The notes below the pieces were generated by a model. That model did no database searches and was not told the DNA's origin. It saw nothing but the letters and a program-made list of their open reading frames with translations. Source: a bacterium (GTDB taxonomy: Bacteria; Patescibacteriota; Minisyncoccia; Moranbacterales; UBA1568). From it: 64,000 bases of DNA. Shown here piece after piece: positions 51,291 through 61,473 of the stretch. The position numbers and the translations under genes are program-made. Numbering within the stretch: position 1 is the first letter of the stretch; the number at the start of each line of letters is the position of its first letter. The DNA is taken from contig JAKACP010000001.1 in assembly GCA_021821305.1 (NCBI GenBank), positions 330,453 to 394,452 on the forward strand. The letters run 5' to 3'.

Positions 51291-52121
51291 ATGCAAGATG
51301 AACACAGGCAGGAAAAAGACGAAGCCGGAGATCCGGTAGAGACTCGGGGAAAAGAAGGGGCGTCGGGTCGGGAGACGTGGATCATCGCCGGGGCGATCCT
51401 CTTGGGGAGCCTCATCGTCAGCGGGGGCATACTCTTCTCCCGTGGGACCTTTCAGAAAACATCCGATTCAGGCGCGACTGGAATACTGCAGCCGTCAGAA
51501 AATCCCTCGCCGATCGCGGAGCGGCCGGAGAGGCGGCCCGGCGAATCGGTGAAGGTCTCGACGGATGATGATGCCGTTTTGGGAGACAAGGATGCGCCGA
51601 TCACGCTGATCGAGTTTTCGGACTATGAGTGTCCATTCTGTAAACGCTCGTTCACTGATGTGCTTCCGGAGCTCAAGAAAACATATATCGACACAGGAAA
51701 AGTGAAACTCGTCTTCCGGGATTTCCCCCTGTCCTTCCATGCGAACGCCGGGAAGGAGGCGGAGGCGGCCGAGTGTGCGAGGAGCCTTGGGGATGATGTG
51801 ACGTACTACAAATTCCATGACCAGATCTTCACCAAAACCACTTCGAACGGGACTGGTTTGGCTCTTACGGAATTGCCTGCGATTGCGAAAAACCTTGGTC
51901 TCAACGTGAATCAGTTTCAGCAGTGTTTGGATTCGGGAAAGTTCAAAGACGAAGTAGCCAAGGATATGGCCGACGGGGAGGCGGCCGGTATTTCCGGTAC
52001 GCCATCATGGATTATCGGTGCTTCCAGCAAGGATGGCCAGATTGAGGGGCAGCTTGTCGTGGGAGCCCAGCCTTTCTCCGCGTTCAAGGCTATTATCGAT
52101 GAAAAACTCGGTAACAAGTAA
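51291..52121 (+). CDS. DsbA/BdbD-like thiol-disulfide oxidoreductase
   Basis: FSDYECPFCK, RDFPL, GTP. Confidence 0.9.
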   Translation: MQDEHRQEKDEAGDPVETRGKEGASGRETWIIAGAILLGSLIVSGGILFSRGTFQKTSDSGATGILQPSENPSPIAERPERRPGESVKVSTDDDAVLGDKDAPITLIEFSDYECPFCKRSFTDVLPELKKTYIDTGKVKLVFRDFPLSFHANAGKEAEAAECARSLGDDVTYYKFHDQIFTKTTSNGTGLALTELPAIAKNLGLNVNQFQQCLDSGKFKDEVAKDMADGEAAGISGTPSWIIGASSKDGQIEGQLVVGAQPFSAFKAIIDEKLGNK

Positions 52122-52127
52122 AAGATT

Positions 52128-52631
52128 ATGAGTAAGAAACAGCGAAAAATACCTTCCGCGGCCTGGTGGACTATCGGGTTAACTGTTGTCGTTATCGGGC
52201 TGATCGTGTTCCTTGGAGCAAGGTACTCCGGTCCTTCGAAAACCAATCGAGAGGTGGCTTTGTCGTGTACTACTGATATGGCTACCCGATTCCATATTCA
52301 TCCCAGCCTGGAGATTCGCATCAACGGCGAGAAACAGGTTATTCCTACGAATATCGGAGTCGATGCCAACTGCATGAATGCGCTCCATACCCACGGAACG
52401 AGCGGTGAAATCCATGTCGAGTCGCCGCAAAAACGAGACTTCACCCTTTCCGATTTCTTTGCGGTATGGGGCAAAACATACAGCAAAGATCAGATCCTCG
52501 ATTCCAAGGCTGATGAGAAATACATCATTCGCGAAACCGTAAACGGCCAAGAGGTGGGGGATTACGAAAATACCATCTTGCATGATAAGGACAAGATCGT
52601 TATTTTCTACGAGGAGAGAAATAAGGAGTGA
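52128..52631 (+). CDS. Membrane-anchored His-motif hypothetical protein
   Basis: FHIHP, C..ALHTH...IHVE. Confidence 0.7.
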   Translation: MSKKQRKIPSAAWWTIGLTVVVIGLIVFLGARYSGPSKTNREVALSCTTDMATRFHIHPSLEIRINGEKQVIPTNIGVDANCMNALHTHGTSGEIHVESPQKRDFTLSDFFAVWGKTYSKDQILDSKADEKYIIRETVNGQEVGDYENTILHDKDKIVIFYEERNKE

Positions 52632-52667
52632 TGCCGCGGATCCGGTCAATGACGAAGGCTACAAGAT

Positions 52668-53213
52668 ATGAAAAACATCTGGTCTCCAAAAACCATTCTT
52701 CCCGCAGTCATGATCGCGGCGCTCTATGTCGTGGTAACCGTGTACCTCATGAATGCGGGGCTGGTGATGGATGCGATGTTCGGAACCCATTCGGCCGGAT
52801 ATAGGCAGAGTATCCTCATCGCGTTGCTTACGGGCATGTGGACGGCCATGAGCGCGCCCAGTCTGTTCCTCCTTGTCGTCGTCGCGATGCTTACCGGACT
52901 CAATCTCATGTTTGTCCTGGAGCGGCTCCGGACGGTCCGGTCTTCCGGGAAGATGCATCTGGCGGTAGGCGGGAGCTCCCTTCTTGGGATAGTGGGGAGC
53001 GGCTGTGCGAGTTGTGGACTGCCGATACTGGCCTTCCTGGGTCTCGGCGGCGCAGCCGCCTCCCTGCCCTTTCGGGGCATGGAGCTTTCCATCCTGACCG
53101 TCGCACTCCTTTCCGTATCCTTGTATATCCTGGTGAAAGGACGCGAACGGCAGGCGGTCTGTGCCGTCGGGACCATGGAATACCAGGATCGACACGTCGT
53201 CATTCCGGAATGA
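52668..53213 (+). CDS. Membrane protein with GCASCG metal-binding-type motif
   Basis: Multiple TMs, CxxC. Confidence 0.7.
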   Translation: MKNIWSPKTILPAVMIAALYVVVTVYLMNAGLVMDAMFGTHSAGYRQSILIALLTGMWTAMSAPSLFLLVVVAMLTGLNLMFVLERLRTVRSSGKMHLAVGGSSLLGIVGSGCASCGLPILAFLGLGGAAASLPFRGMELSILTVALLSVSLYILVKGRERQAVCAVGTMEYQDRHVVIPE

Positions 53214-53284
53214 TCTCCGACAGGCATGGAGATGAACGGGGGCAGAAGAATCGAAGTCCAAGAGAAAAGATCTTACCTCATAAC

Positions 53285-53677
53285 ATGAAGAATATGGAAT
53301 ACGGATACAAGCGCAGCGTATCGTTCCCTTTCGCCGATGCGGTCCTGAAGACGAAGGCGGAGCTCTCGAAGGAGGGATTCGGTGTCCTTACCGAGATCGA
53401 TGTGAAGGCGGCATTCAAGGAAAAACTCGGCGTGGAGCATGATGAGTATCTCATTCTCGGCGCATGCAACCCGAAGCTTGCCCAAAGAGCGCTCCAGGCG
53501 GAAAAGGGAATCGGCCTCTTCCTGCCTTGCAATGTCATCGTGTACAGGGAGGAAGGAGAGACAGTGGTCGCGACGATCCTCCCCGCCGCGGCAATGAGCG
53601 TGATCGGGAACCCGGCTTTGGACGAAGTCGCACGGGAAGCGGAGGAGAAACTGAAGAGGGCCGTCGATGCGGTCTGA
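53285..53677 (+). CDS. DUF302-domain protein
   Basis: GFGVLTEID, ILGACNP, LPCNV. Confidence 0.88.
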   Translation: MKNMEYGYKRSVSFPFADAVLKTKAELSKEGFGVLTEIDVKAAFKEKLGVEHDEYLILGACNPKLAQRALQAEKGIGLFLPCNVIVYREEGETVVATILPAAAMSVIGNPALDEVAREAEEKLKRAVDAV

Positions 53678-53691
53678 CTATACGGAATGAT

Positions 53692-54402
53692 ATGGAATAC
53701 ATCTGGTTCATCTGGAGTCTGATATCGGTCGGCATCTGGCTGGCTATCTATCTTTCCCTGGACACGAGGGAGAAAAAGAAAGAAATGCTCATCGTCAGCC
53801 TGTGGACATCGCTCCTGGGCCTCACCGAACCGATTTTCGTTCCTGAATACTGGTCTCCTCCTTCGCTCTTCGATCTGGCCATGAAAACCGGGTTCGATAT
53901 CGAGAGTCTTGTTTTCTCTTTCGCTATCGGCGGCATAGCCGTGAGTCTGTATGAGCGGATCCTGCCGATCCGACATGTTTCCCTCTCAGCCGCAGAACAG
54001 CGCTCCGCCCGTCACGGATTTCATATCTGGGCGCTTCTTTCGGCGCCGGCGGTTTTTATCGTCCTGCTCCTCGCAGCCGATCTGAACCCGATTTACTCGG
54101 CGGTTGTCGCCATGGTTACCGGTGGACTGGCCACGTGGTATTGCCGGCCGGATCTCAAGAAGAAGATGTTCACGAGCGCTTTCATATTTCTTGCCCTCTA
54201 TTTCCTCTATTTTTTCACGCTTATCGCCATGTCGCCGGGCTATGTAGGACAGGTCTGGAATCTCCTGGCGATTTCAGGGATTCTGATCCTTGGTATTCCG
54301 CTCGAGGAGCTCTTGTTCGCGTGGAGTTTCGGGTTCATCTGGTCGAGCGTTTATGAACATGTCACATGGCGAAAATTTAACCAGAGCGCAAATTTATCTT
54401 AA
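53692..54402 (+). CDS. Multi-pass membrane protein (lycopene cyclase domain-like)
   Basis: PEYW...IE and ILGIPLEELLF motifs. Confidence 0.7.
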   Translation: MEYIWFIWSLISVGIWLAIYLSLDTREKKKEMLIVSLWTSLLGLTEPIFVPEYWSPPSLFDLAMKTGFDIESLVFSFAIGGIAVSLYERILPIRHVSLSAAEQRSARHGFHIWALLSAPAVFIVLLLAADLNPIYSAVVAMVTGGLATWYCRPDLKKKMFTSAFIFLALYFLYFFTLIAMSPGYVGQVWNLLAISGILILGIPLEELLFAWSFGFIWSSVYEHVTWRKFNQSANLS

Positions 54403-54461
54403 GTCTTGTCATGGTATCATTGTATCTTGAGGTTATAAGTATCACCGATTACTAAAATAAT

Positions 54462-55403
54462 ATGTATGAAAAACCACAGGCACAATCTTCTTCTCTCGGA
54501 TCACATACGCCCTCTTTGACAGGCGCTAGGGACGCGCGCGCTCTCAAGATTGCCGGGTGGCTGACCGGAGTATACTTTGTCTTTGAGCTTGGTGTTGGCC
54601 TGTGGACAGGCTCAGTGTCTGTTACTTCTGACGCATTTCATACGTTCTCTGCCGTTGGCGGGGTATTGATTGCGGTCGTGGCGAGCGCCTATGCCAAGCG
54701 AGCGGCAACACCGGTTCAGACATTCGGACTTATACGAGCTGAGGTTGTCGGAGCTTTGTTGAATGGATTATTCCTCTTCGGCATGGCGGGATTTGTTCTT
54801 TGGATGGGGATCATGCGCCTACAAAATCCCATCGATCTTTCAGCGGGTACCATGTTCTTGGTAGCTATCGGAGGCCTTATAACTGAGATAATTTCCATGC
54901 GTCTGATGTGGGCGGGGCAAAAGGAGAACCTGAATATGAAGGGAGCCTTCTGGCATATCATTCAAACATTTGTCGGTAGCATTATCATTATTGTTTCGGC
55001 GCTCGTCATACAATTTACGGGATTTCTCCAAATCGATCCACTCCTTGGTATGGCATTTGGACTCGTATTGTTTTGGGCATCGTGGAAAATTATAAGAGAG
55101 GCTCTGCACATACTTTTAGATAACGTGCCAAAGGGCCTTGATCTCCATGATGTGAAAACTGTCATCGAAAAGATACCGGGGGTAGAAAACATCCATCATT
55201 TGCATGCGTGGGCTTTAACAAGCGGGAAAAATATCGTATCTGCTCACGTACGAATTACGGACATGGCGGAAGGCGTTCGTATTCAGAGGCAGATATACGC
55301 AATACTCACCAACGACTTCAACGTATATTTTTCTACAATACAAGTTGAAACCGAATGTTTAGAGCAAGAGACAGCGCAGGAGATAGATTTTTTAGGTAGG
55401 TAG
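54462..55403 (+). CDS. Cation diffusion facilitator (CzcD/ZitB-like)
   Basis: SDAFH, TFG..RAE, NMKGAFWH, HHLHAW. Confidence 0.9.
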   Translation: MYEKPQAQSSSLGSHTPSLTGARDARALKIAGWLTGVYFVFELGVGLWTGSVSVTSDAFHTFSAVGGVLIAVVASAYAKRAATPVQTFGLIRAEVVGALLNGLFLFGMAGFVLWMGIMRLQNPIDLSAGTMFLVAIGGLITEIISMRLMWAGQKENLNMKGAFWHIIQTFVGSIIIIVSALVIQFTGFLQIDPLLGMAFGLVLFWASWKIIREALHILLDNVPKGLDLHDVKTVIEKIPGVENIHHLHAWALTSGKNIVSAHVRITDMAEGVRIQRQIYAILTNDFNVYFSTIQVETECLEQETAQEIDFLGR

Positions 55404-55447
55404 CAGATCACGATGATCACTAACCCGATAATAAACGGAACAAGACT

Positions 55448-57649
55448 ATGACTCTATATACTTGCCCCATGCATTCAAAGGTGCAACAAGACAAACCTGG
55501 ATTATGCCCCAAGTGTGGCATGAGACTTGTTAAGGCTGAAACAAAAACAGATCATAGTGCTCACGCTGGTCACGTCATGGGAGAACAGTCCAAAATGGGT
55601 TTCTGGGAGAAATTCAGGATGAGTATGTCCATGACGATGGGGATGGATCATACCGGTCTCGCTGGACGGGAAATGGCTCGCCTCATGGAGATTGACATCC
55701 GAAACAAGTTCTTCTTCGCGTTTATATTGACCATTCCGATCATCCTCTACTCACCCCTGGGCACGGAGTTTCTTGGGCTTAACCTTCCATCCCCATTTCC
55801 GCTACCATGGCTTCTTTTTCTTCTCACCACGCCGGTATTCTTCTATTCGGGTTGGATTTTTCTCTACTCGACATATTTTGCATTGAAAAATAGGACGCTC
55901 AATATGGCCGTACTTATTGCGGTTGGCATCACAGCTGCCTATGGATTCAGTATCTTACTTACCTTGATTGGTAGCGCTGACTCTTACTATGAAGCGGCGG
56001 CTATGCTTATTACGTTTGTTCTCTTCGGTCATTGGATGGAAATGAAGTCTCGCCGTGGAACAACTGATGCGCTGCAGGCACTTTTTAATCTCGTACCACC
56101 TCAAGCCAGAGTCTTCAAAGATGGTAAGGAGATAATGGTTGCAACGAGCGATATACAACTTGGAGACATCATTATTCTTAAGCCGGGAGACAAAGTTCCA
56201 GTTGATGGTGAAATCATTGAAGGCGAGACTGCCATTGACGAATCCCTCGTTACTGGAGAATCGATTCCTACAGCGAAGAAGATCGGGGATCAGGTGATTG
56301 GCGGATCAATCAACACTGCTGGCTCGGTCAAATTTAAGGCAACAAAAATCGGTAAGGATACCGCTCTTGCTCAAATTGTCCGGATGGTTGAGGAGGCGCA
56401 GAACTCAAAAGCCCCTGGACAAAGAATCGCTGACAGATTTGCGAAATATCTGGTCATTGGGGCTATCGGGTCAGGACTTCTCGTTTTTATTATCTGGTAT
56501 TTTATTGTCGGTTCACCATTGCTTTTGGCGCTTTCTTTTGCGATCGCTACGGTTGTCATTGCTTGCCCAGATGCTTTGGGGTTAGCCACTCCGACGGCGG
56601 TAGCGGTCGGAACGGGTCTCGGAGCTAAACATAATATTCTTATCAAAGATGCTCCGACTCTTGAGCAAGTCTCAAAAATTCAAGCCATTGTACTCGACAA
56701 AACAGGCACCCTCACTGACGGAAAGCCGAAAGTAACCGACATAGCTACAGTGGATGGATTTGAGGCAAATGAAGCACTTCGTTTAGTTGGAGCGGCTGAA
56801 GCGAAATCATCTCACCCTTTGGCCGGGGCTGTCCTTGAGGAACTTAAAAAACGAAGCCTGACATTGCCAGAGTCAGTTGATAAATTTGAAAACCTTTCTG
56901 GTTTGGGAGTGAAAGCCATCGTTGATGGGAAAGCTGTGCTCATAGGGACAGTTAAGCTTATGAAAGAAAGTAACATTGCTCTCGGTGAGTTGGAACAAAA
57001 AATCAATGAGTATCTGGAAAGAGGAGAAACGATTATGATTCTCGCGGTTGATGGCACTATCAAGGCAGTAATTGGCGCGACTGATCCCATAAAACCCAAT
57101 GCCATAAAAGCAGTAGAACGTCTGAAGCTACTTGGAATCGAAATCGCCATGATTACCGGTGATAATAAAATGACCGCAGATAAAGTAGCGAGTCAGATTG
57201 GTATAGAAAGAGTGTTTGCAGAAGTGATGCCAGAAGATAAGGCGAGTTATGTCAAAAAGCTCCAGCAGGAAGGAAAATTCACGGCAATGGTTGGCGACGG
57301 TGTCAACGATGCTCCCGCGCTTGCTCAATCGGATGTCGGTATTGCGATTGGTGCGGGCACGGATGTCGCGATTGAGACAGCGAAAGTTGTTCTCATGAAG
57401 TCTGACCCGCTAGACATCCTTCGAGCAATAACTTTGAGCAAGGCGACAGTTCGCAAGATGAAGCAGAATCTTTTCTGGGCGTCCATCTACAATATTCTTG
57501 CCATACCAGTTGCTGGTGGCATTTTGTACCCGAGTTTTGGCATCATGCTCCGTCCGGAATTTGCAGCGCTTTTGATGAGTGTGTCTTCGATCATTGTTGC
57601 AGTAAATGCCGTGCTATTGAAGCGAGTTGAATCAGAACTTAAGGCTTAA
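55448..57649 (+). CDS. Heavy-metal (Cu-type) P1B ATPase
   Basis: YTCPMH...CPKCGM, TGES, IACPDALGLATP, DKTGT, HP, GDGVNDAP, YN, MSVSS. Confidence 0.94.
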   Translation: MTLYTCPMHSKVQQDKPGLCPKCGMRLVKAETKTDHSAHAGHVMGEQSKMGFWEKFRMSMSMTMGMDHTGLAGREMARLMEIDIRNKFFFAFILTIPIILYSPLGTEFLGLNLPSPFPLPWLLFLLTTPVFFYSGWIFLYSTYFALKNRTLNMAVLIAVGITAAYGFSILLTLIGSADSYYEAAAMLITFVLFGHWMEMKSRRGTTDALQALFNLVPPQARVFKDGKEIMVATSDIQLGDIIILKPGDKVPVDGEIIEGETAIDESLVTGESIPTAKKIGDQVIGGSINTAGSVKFKATKIGKDTALAQIVRMVEEAQNSKAPGQRIADRFAKYLVIGAIGSGLLVFIIWYFIVGSPLLLALSFAIATVVIACPDALGLATPTAVAVGTGLGAKHNILIKDAPTLEQVSKIQAIVLDKTGTLTDGKPKVTDIATVDGFEANEALRLVGAAEAKSSHPLAGAVLEELKKRSLTLPESVDKFENLSGLGVKAIVDGKAVLIGTVKLMKESNIALGELEQKINEYLERGETIMILAVDGTIKAVIGATDPIKPNAIKAVERLKLLGIEIAMITGDNKMTADKVASQIGIERVFAEVMPEDKASYVKKLQQEGKFTAMVGDGVNDAPALAQSDVGIAIGAGTDVAIETAKVVLMKSDPLDILRAITLSKATVRKMKQNLFWASIYNILAIPVAGGILYPSFGIMLRPEFAALLMSVSSIIVAVNAVLLKRVESELKA

Positions 57650-57662
57650 CTAGGACAGTGCT

Positions 57663-58250
57663 ATGAAGAAAACTATTGCTATTTCTGTTCTTCTTCTCGC
57701 TCTCATGGAAGGTATTTCCTGGTGGGCTTATAAGTCATGGTCTTCTCAAGGCACTGATGAACCCTCTTGGCCTTCAGAGGAAAAGCAAGTACCAGCGCCT
57801 TTGTCTAATGCGGTAAGTCAACAGCCAATCGAAAAACCCGAAAGTATCCCACCGAGTGACAACCAAACCTCAACTACTCCCGAAACTTCTCCTGCCGATC
57901 TTCTTCCAAAGGGGATGGGTTCCAGCAGCTCAGAAGGCAGTTTCCCGCTACCCAGCACTGAAGTAGTTAATGGAGTGACGGAACGCACTATTCATATGGG
58001 GGTGCGGCAATACGAATGGGACCCGAAAATCATTCGGGCCAAGCAAGGAGAATTAGTGCGCCTCATAATACACAATGCTGATGTAAAGCACGGTATTGCT
58101 ATTCCTGAGCTTGGAGTGAACGAAGACATCTCTCCCGATGGCGCAGTAGTTACCTTTCAGGCAACAAAGAAAGGAACCTTTGAGTTCTTTTGTTCTGTCT
58201 GGTGTGGGGAAGGGCATATGGAAATGACAGCGAAGCTTGTTATAGAATAG
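57663..58250 (+). CDS. Cupredoxin (CuA/COX2-like) domain protein
   Basis: DVKHG...FFCSVWCGEGHMEM. Confidence 0.85.
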   Translation: MKKTIAISVLLLALMEGISWWAYKSWSSQGTDEPSWPSEEKQVPAPLSNAVSQQPIEKPESIPPSDNQTSTTPETSPADLLPKGMGSSSSEGSFPLPSTEVVNGVTERTIHMGVRQYEWDPKIIRAKQGELVRLIIHNADVKHGIAIPELGVNEDISPDGAVVTFQATKKGTFEFFCSVWCGEGHMEMTAKLVIE

Positions 58251-58310
58251 GAAGCCCCCTATCATTTTTGCCTGTATTCAAGGAGCTTCTAAGTGGACAA
58301 TTACATAACG

Positions 58311-59063
58311 ATGGAAATCAAAAAAAAGACAATTCTGCCGATCCTCATACTCGTGTTTGTTGGTATCTCACCCATCATTTTTCTCTCAAGAGAAGCAGAA
58401 GAAGAGCAGAACACTAACCCTTCTTCCCAGGCGACACAGGAAGACATAACTCCTCCAGACTCTAAAAAAGAAAACGACGCTCAGGAAGGCATGGTATTAA
58501 ACGTCCCGTTTACTGCTCAGGCTCCGCTTGGTAATTGGAGCGACCCGAGACAACAGAACGGCTGCGAGGAAGCGGCCACTCTTATGGCTATGGCTTGGGT
58601 GGAAGGAAACACTTTGACGCCGGAAGAAGCTGAAAGAGAAATCACGGCCATCGCGGATTATGAACTTCAAAACATGGGGCATTTCCATGATTCATCAGCC
58701 GAAGATCTGGTGAGATACATTTTCAAAGGATATTTCGGTTATGAGAATGTTGAGATCAAGTACGATATTGATGCCGAAGATATTAAAAATGAACTAAGAC
58801 GTGGCAATCTGATCTTAGTACCTGCGAATGGTAAAACATTGAATAACCCTTTCTATACAGAGCCGCCACTGGAGCATATGGTCGTCATCCGCGGGTATGA
58901 CAGTGAAACAAAAGAATTCATCGTGAATGATTCCGGTACAAGCCGAGGTGAGTTATTTCGCTACGCTGAAGATGTCATTATGAACGCCATCTACGACTAC
59001 CCAACCGGCTATCATGAGCCAGTAAATGAGCTGAGAAAAGCAATGATTATTGTTAAAAAATAA
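58311..59063 (+). CDS. C39-like peptidase-domain exported protein
   Basis: VPFTAQAP, GCEEA, HMVVIRGYD, VND. Confidence 0.82.
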   Translation: MEIKKKTILPILILVFVGISPIIFLSREAEEEQNTNPSSQATQEDITPPDSKKENDAQEGMVLNVPFTAQAPLGNWSDPRQQNGCEEAATLMAMAWVEGNTLTPEEAEREITAIADYELQNMGHFHDSSAEDLVRYIFKGYFGYENVEIKYDIDAEDIKNELRRGNLILVPANGKTLNNPFYTEPPLEHMVVIRGYDSETKEFIVNDSGTSRGELFRYAEDVIMNAIYDYPTGYHEPVNELRKAMIIVKK

Positions 59064-59079
59064 GTACCGCCCTGTGAGT

Positions 59080-60027
59080 TTACCTTGAGCCCATAAGCTC
59101 GAGAAATTTCTGGGGATCTATCGAGAAACCGCCTATGCGGACCGAGAGATGGAGATGGGGGCCGAGAGAATAGCCCGTATTACCGCTCTTAGCTATGAGA
59201 TCTCCTTTTTCCACGCTATCACCCAGTTTTGCATCGGTTTCGGAAAGGTGCATGTAAAGCGTCATTAAACCCAAACCATGGTCAATGATGACGGTATTCC
59301 CATAGTTCCTGAAGCTCTTGGAAAAGACTACCTTGCCAGAGTTCATGGCATAGACAGATGTCCCCTCAGACGCTCGAAAATCTGTGCCTTGATGCATGAG
59401 ACTTACGGATCCTGTCTGCCTGCTGTAACCATAGACATCTGTGACAGTAGGAGATCCGTTGAGAGGGAGCCGGAATTGTCCGCTCCAGAGCCTCTCTGGG
59501 CTTATGGTTGTGGTAATAGAGTTAAGGATGACGGTGTCCTGCGCTAAGGTACTGGTGAGCTCATGCTCCGCTTGGGGCGTATTGCCTCCCAGCTGCTCAG
59601 GGATGTCAAATTCTTCCGTAGCAACAGTCCTTTTCCCAACCTCAATCTTTTCTTCGATTTTCTGACCGTCTTCAAGAGTGAGAACGATTGGATACACACC
59701 GGGTTTTTTATGTGGATCGATACCGACTAGCGCCACAAGCCTTCCTTCATCAACAAATACGGAGAGTGGCTTGTCATCGAGGGTAAGTGATTGAATGGGT
59801 GCGGCAGAGACGAGGCCGGCTATGGTAATCCGCGCGGGCTCTCCCTGGATGAGAGTAGTCGGGAAGACAGAAAGTGATACCGGCTCTACGGTGGAGATGG
59901 GGCTAGATTCTTCCGTCTGTATGAGTGGTGATTCAAGTGTTGCTTCGGGCTGACTTTTTAGTTGCGGCACGATAAAATATGTCGCGAGGAATAAAATTGG
60001 TATAGCACTCCAGAGAAGTAGTTTCAT
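59080..60027 (-). CDS. M23-family metallopeptidase, paralog 2
   Basis: HQGTD, YMHLS, GPHLH. Confidence 0.9.
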   Translation of the reverse strand: MKLLLWSAIPILFLATYFIVPQLKSQPEATLESPLIQTEESSPISTVEPVSLSVFPTTLIQGEPARITIAGLVSAAPIQSLTLDDKPLSVFVDEGRLVALVGIDPHKKPGVYPIVLTLEDGQKIEEKIEVGKRTVATEEFDIPEQLGGNTPQAEHELTSTLAQDTVILNSITTTISPERLWSGQFRLPLNGSPTVTDVYGYSRQTGSVSLMHQGTDFRASEGTSVYAMNSGKVVFSKSFRNYGNTVIIDHGLGLMTLYMHLSETDAKLGDSVEKGDLIAKSGNTGYSLGPHLHLSVRIGGFSIDPQKFLELMGSR

Positions 60028-60276
60028 CACTCTATTATACAGCTTTTCCATCAGCATTTCACCTTTGACTATTAAACCAATATATTAGGGAAGGAGAGGA
60101 TAGAGGAGACACAAGGCTGTCTCATTATGATAAAATGAGACATAGCCTGTCCTGTGTCTCATTTGTCTCGTTTTATCCTCAAAACCGCGACCCGAGAGCC
60201 TCAATTCACTCGTCGGCCAAGACCCCCAAGAAATCCCTCAACAGCTTGATTTCTCAAAGTTCTAGACCGATGACGC

Positions 60277-60741
60277 CCGCAGAAGTGAAAGAGGAGCCAT
60301 TTTGTATGGCTCCTTTTTTGCTTCTATGATGAACGCATTCGGAGTTTATGCCCCGAAGGGGTAAATCCCTCCCTTTCCGCATCAAGCTCATAGTATCGAG
60401 GGTGACCCGAGAGCCTCGAATGAGCAACATAAAACCAAACCGCCGGTAAATGGCGGTTTTATTCTTTCTGATCTATAGATCTTCTTTACTGTATGATCCC
60501 TCTCTTTTGACTGTCACGGACAATCTTACTTTGGTCCCATAAGCTCGAGAAATTTCATGGGGTCTATCGAGAAACCGCCTATACGAACCGAGAGATGGAG
60601 GTGAGGGCCGAGAGAATAGCCCGTATTGCCGCTCTTGGCTACGGGGTCACCTTTTCCCACGTTGTCGCCCGCTTCTACACCGATTTCGGAAAGATGCATG
60701 TACATGGTCATGATACCCAATCCATGATCAATGATGACGGT
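60277..60741. repeat. 465-bp direct repeat, copy 2
   Basis: Matches 47747-48211 at offset 12530. Confidence 0.92.
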
Positions 60742-61473
60742 TTTTCCGAAATTCCGAAGGGTTCCGGTATAGGCCACTTCCCCGGAGTTTATGGCATGGA
60801 CGGGTGTTCCTTCGGCAGCCCGGAAATCCGTTCCCAGGTGACTCAGGCTCACCGACCCCGTTTTTCTGCTGTAGCCGTAGGTGTCGGTGACCATCGGATC
60901 GCCTCCAAGAGGAAGTCGGAATGGACCGCTCCATAGCTGTTCCGGGTTTACCTTCGCGGTCACCGAGTCGAGCACGGACGAATCCGTGGACAGGGTGGCC
61001 GTAAGTTCGTGTTCGGCTTTGGGAGTATTGCCACCCAGTTGTTCCGGGATATCGAATTCCGCCGTAGCCACTACCCGCGGCTTCACTTCCAGGTTTTCCT
61101 TGAATATCCGGCTATCATCCAACGTGAGGACGAGCGGATACGAGCCTGGCTTCTTATGGAAATCGATACCGACCAGCGCGGCCATCCCGCTCTCATCGGA
61201 AAATACGGGAACGGGCTTGTCATCGAAAGTGAGTGATTCGATGTCAGAGAGGGAAGCGACGCCGCGTATGATGATCCGCGCGGGCTCTCCCGGGATGGCG
61301 GCAGCCGGGTCAGGAGCAAGGGATACCAGTGTCTCGGGCGAGGGCATGCCGGGTTTCTCTGCCTCTTCCCGTGGCGGTTGAGGTGCCTTCTCGGGATTAT
61401 TTTTTTGCTCCGGCACAACAAAATACAGAATCAGCAAGAGTATGGGGAGAGTGATCGCGAGAAGTGTTTTCAT
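60526..61473 (-). CDS. M23-family metallopeptidase, paralog 3
   Basis: HLGTD, YMHLS, GPHLH; C-terminus identical to paralog 1. Confidence 0.9.
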   Translation of the reverse strand: MKTLLAITLPILLLILYFVVPEQKNNPEKAPQPPREEAEKPGMPSPETLVSLAPDPAAAIPGEPARIIIRGVASLSDIESLTFDDKPVPVFSDESGMAALVGIDFHKKPGSYPLVLTLDDSRIFKENLEVKPRVVATAEFDIPEQLGGNTPKAEHELTATLSTDSSVLDSVTAKVNPEQLWSGPFRLPLGGDPMVTDTYGYSRKTGSVSLSHLGTDFRAAEGTPVHAINSGEVAYTGTLRNFGKTVIIDHGLGIMTMYMHLSEIGVEAGDNVGKGDPVAKSGNTGYSLGPHLHLSVRIGGFSIDPMKFLELMGPK

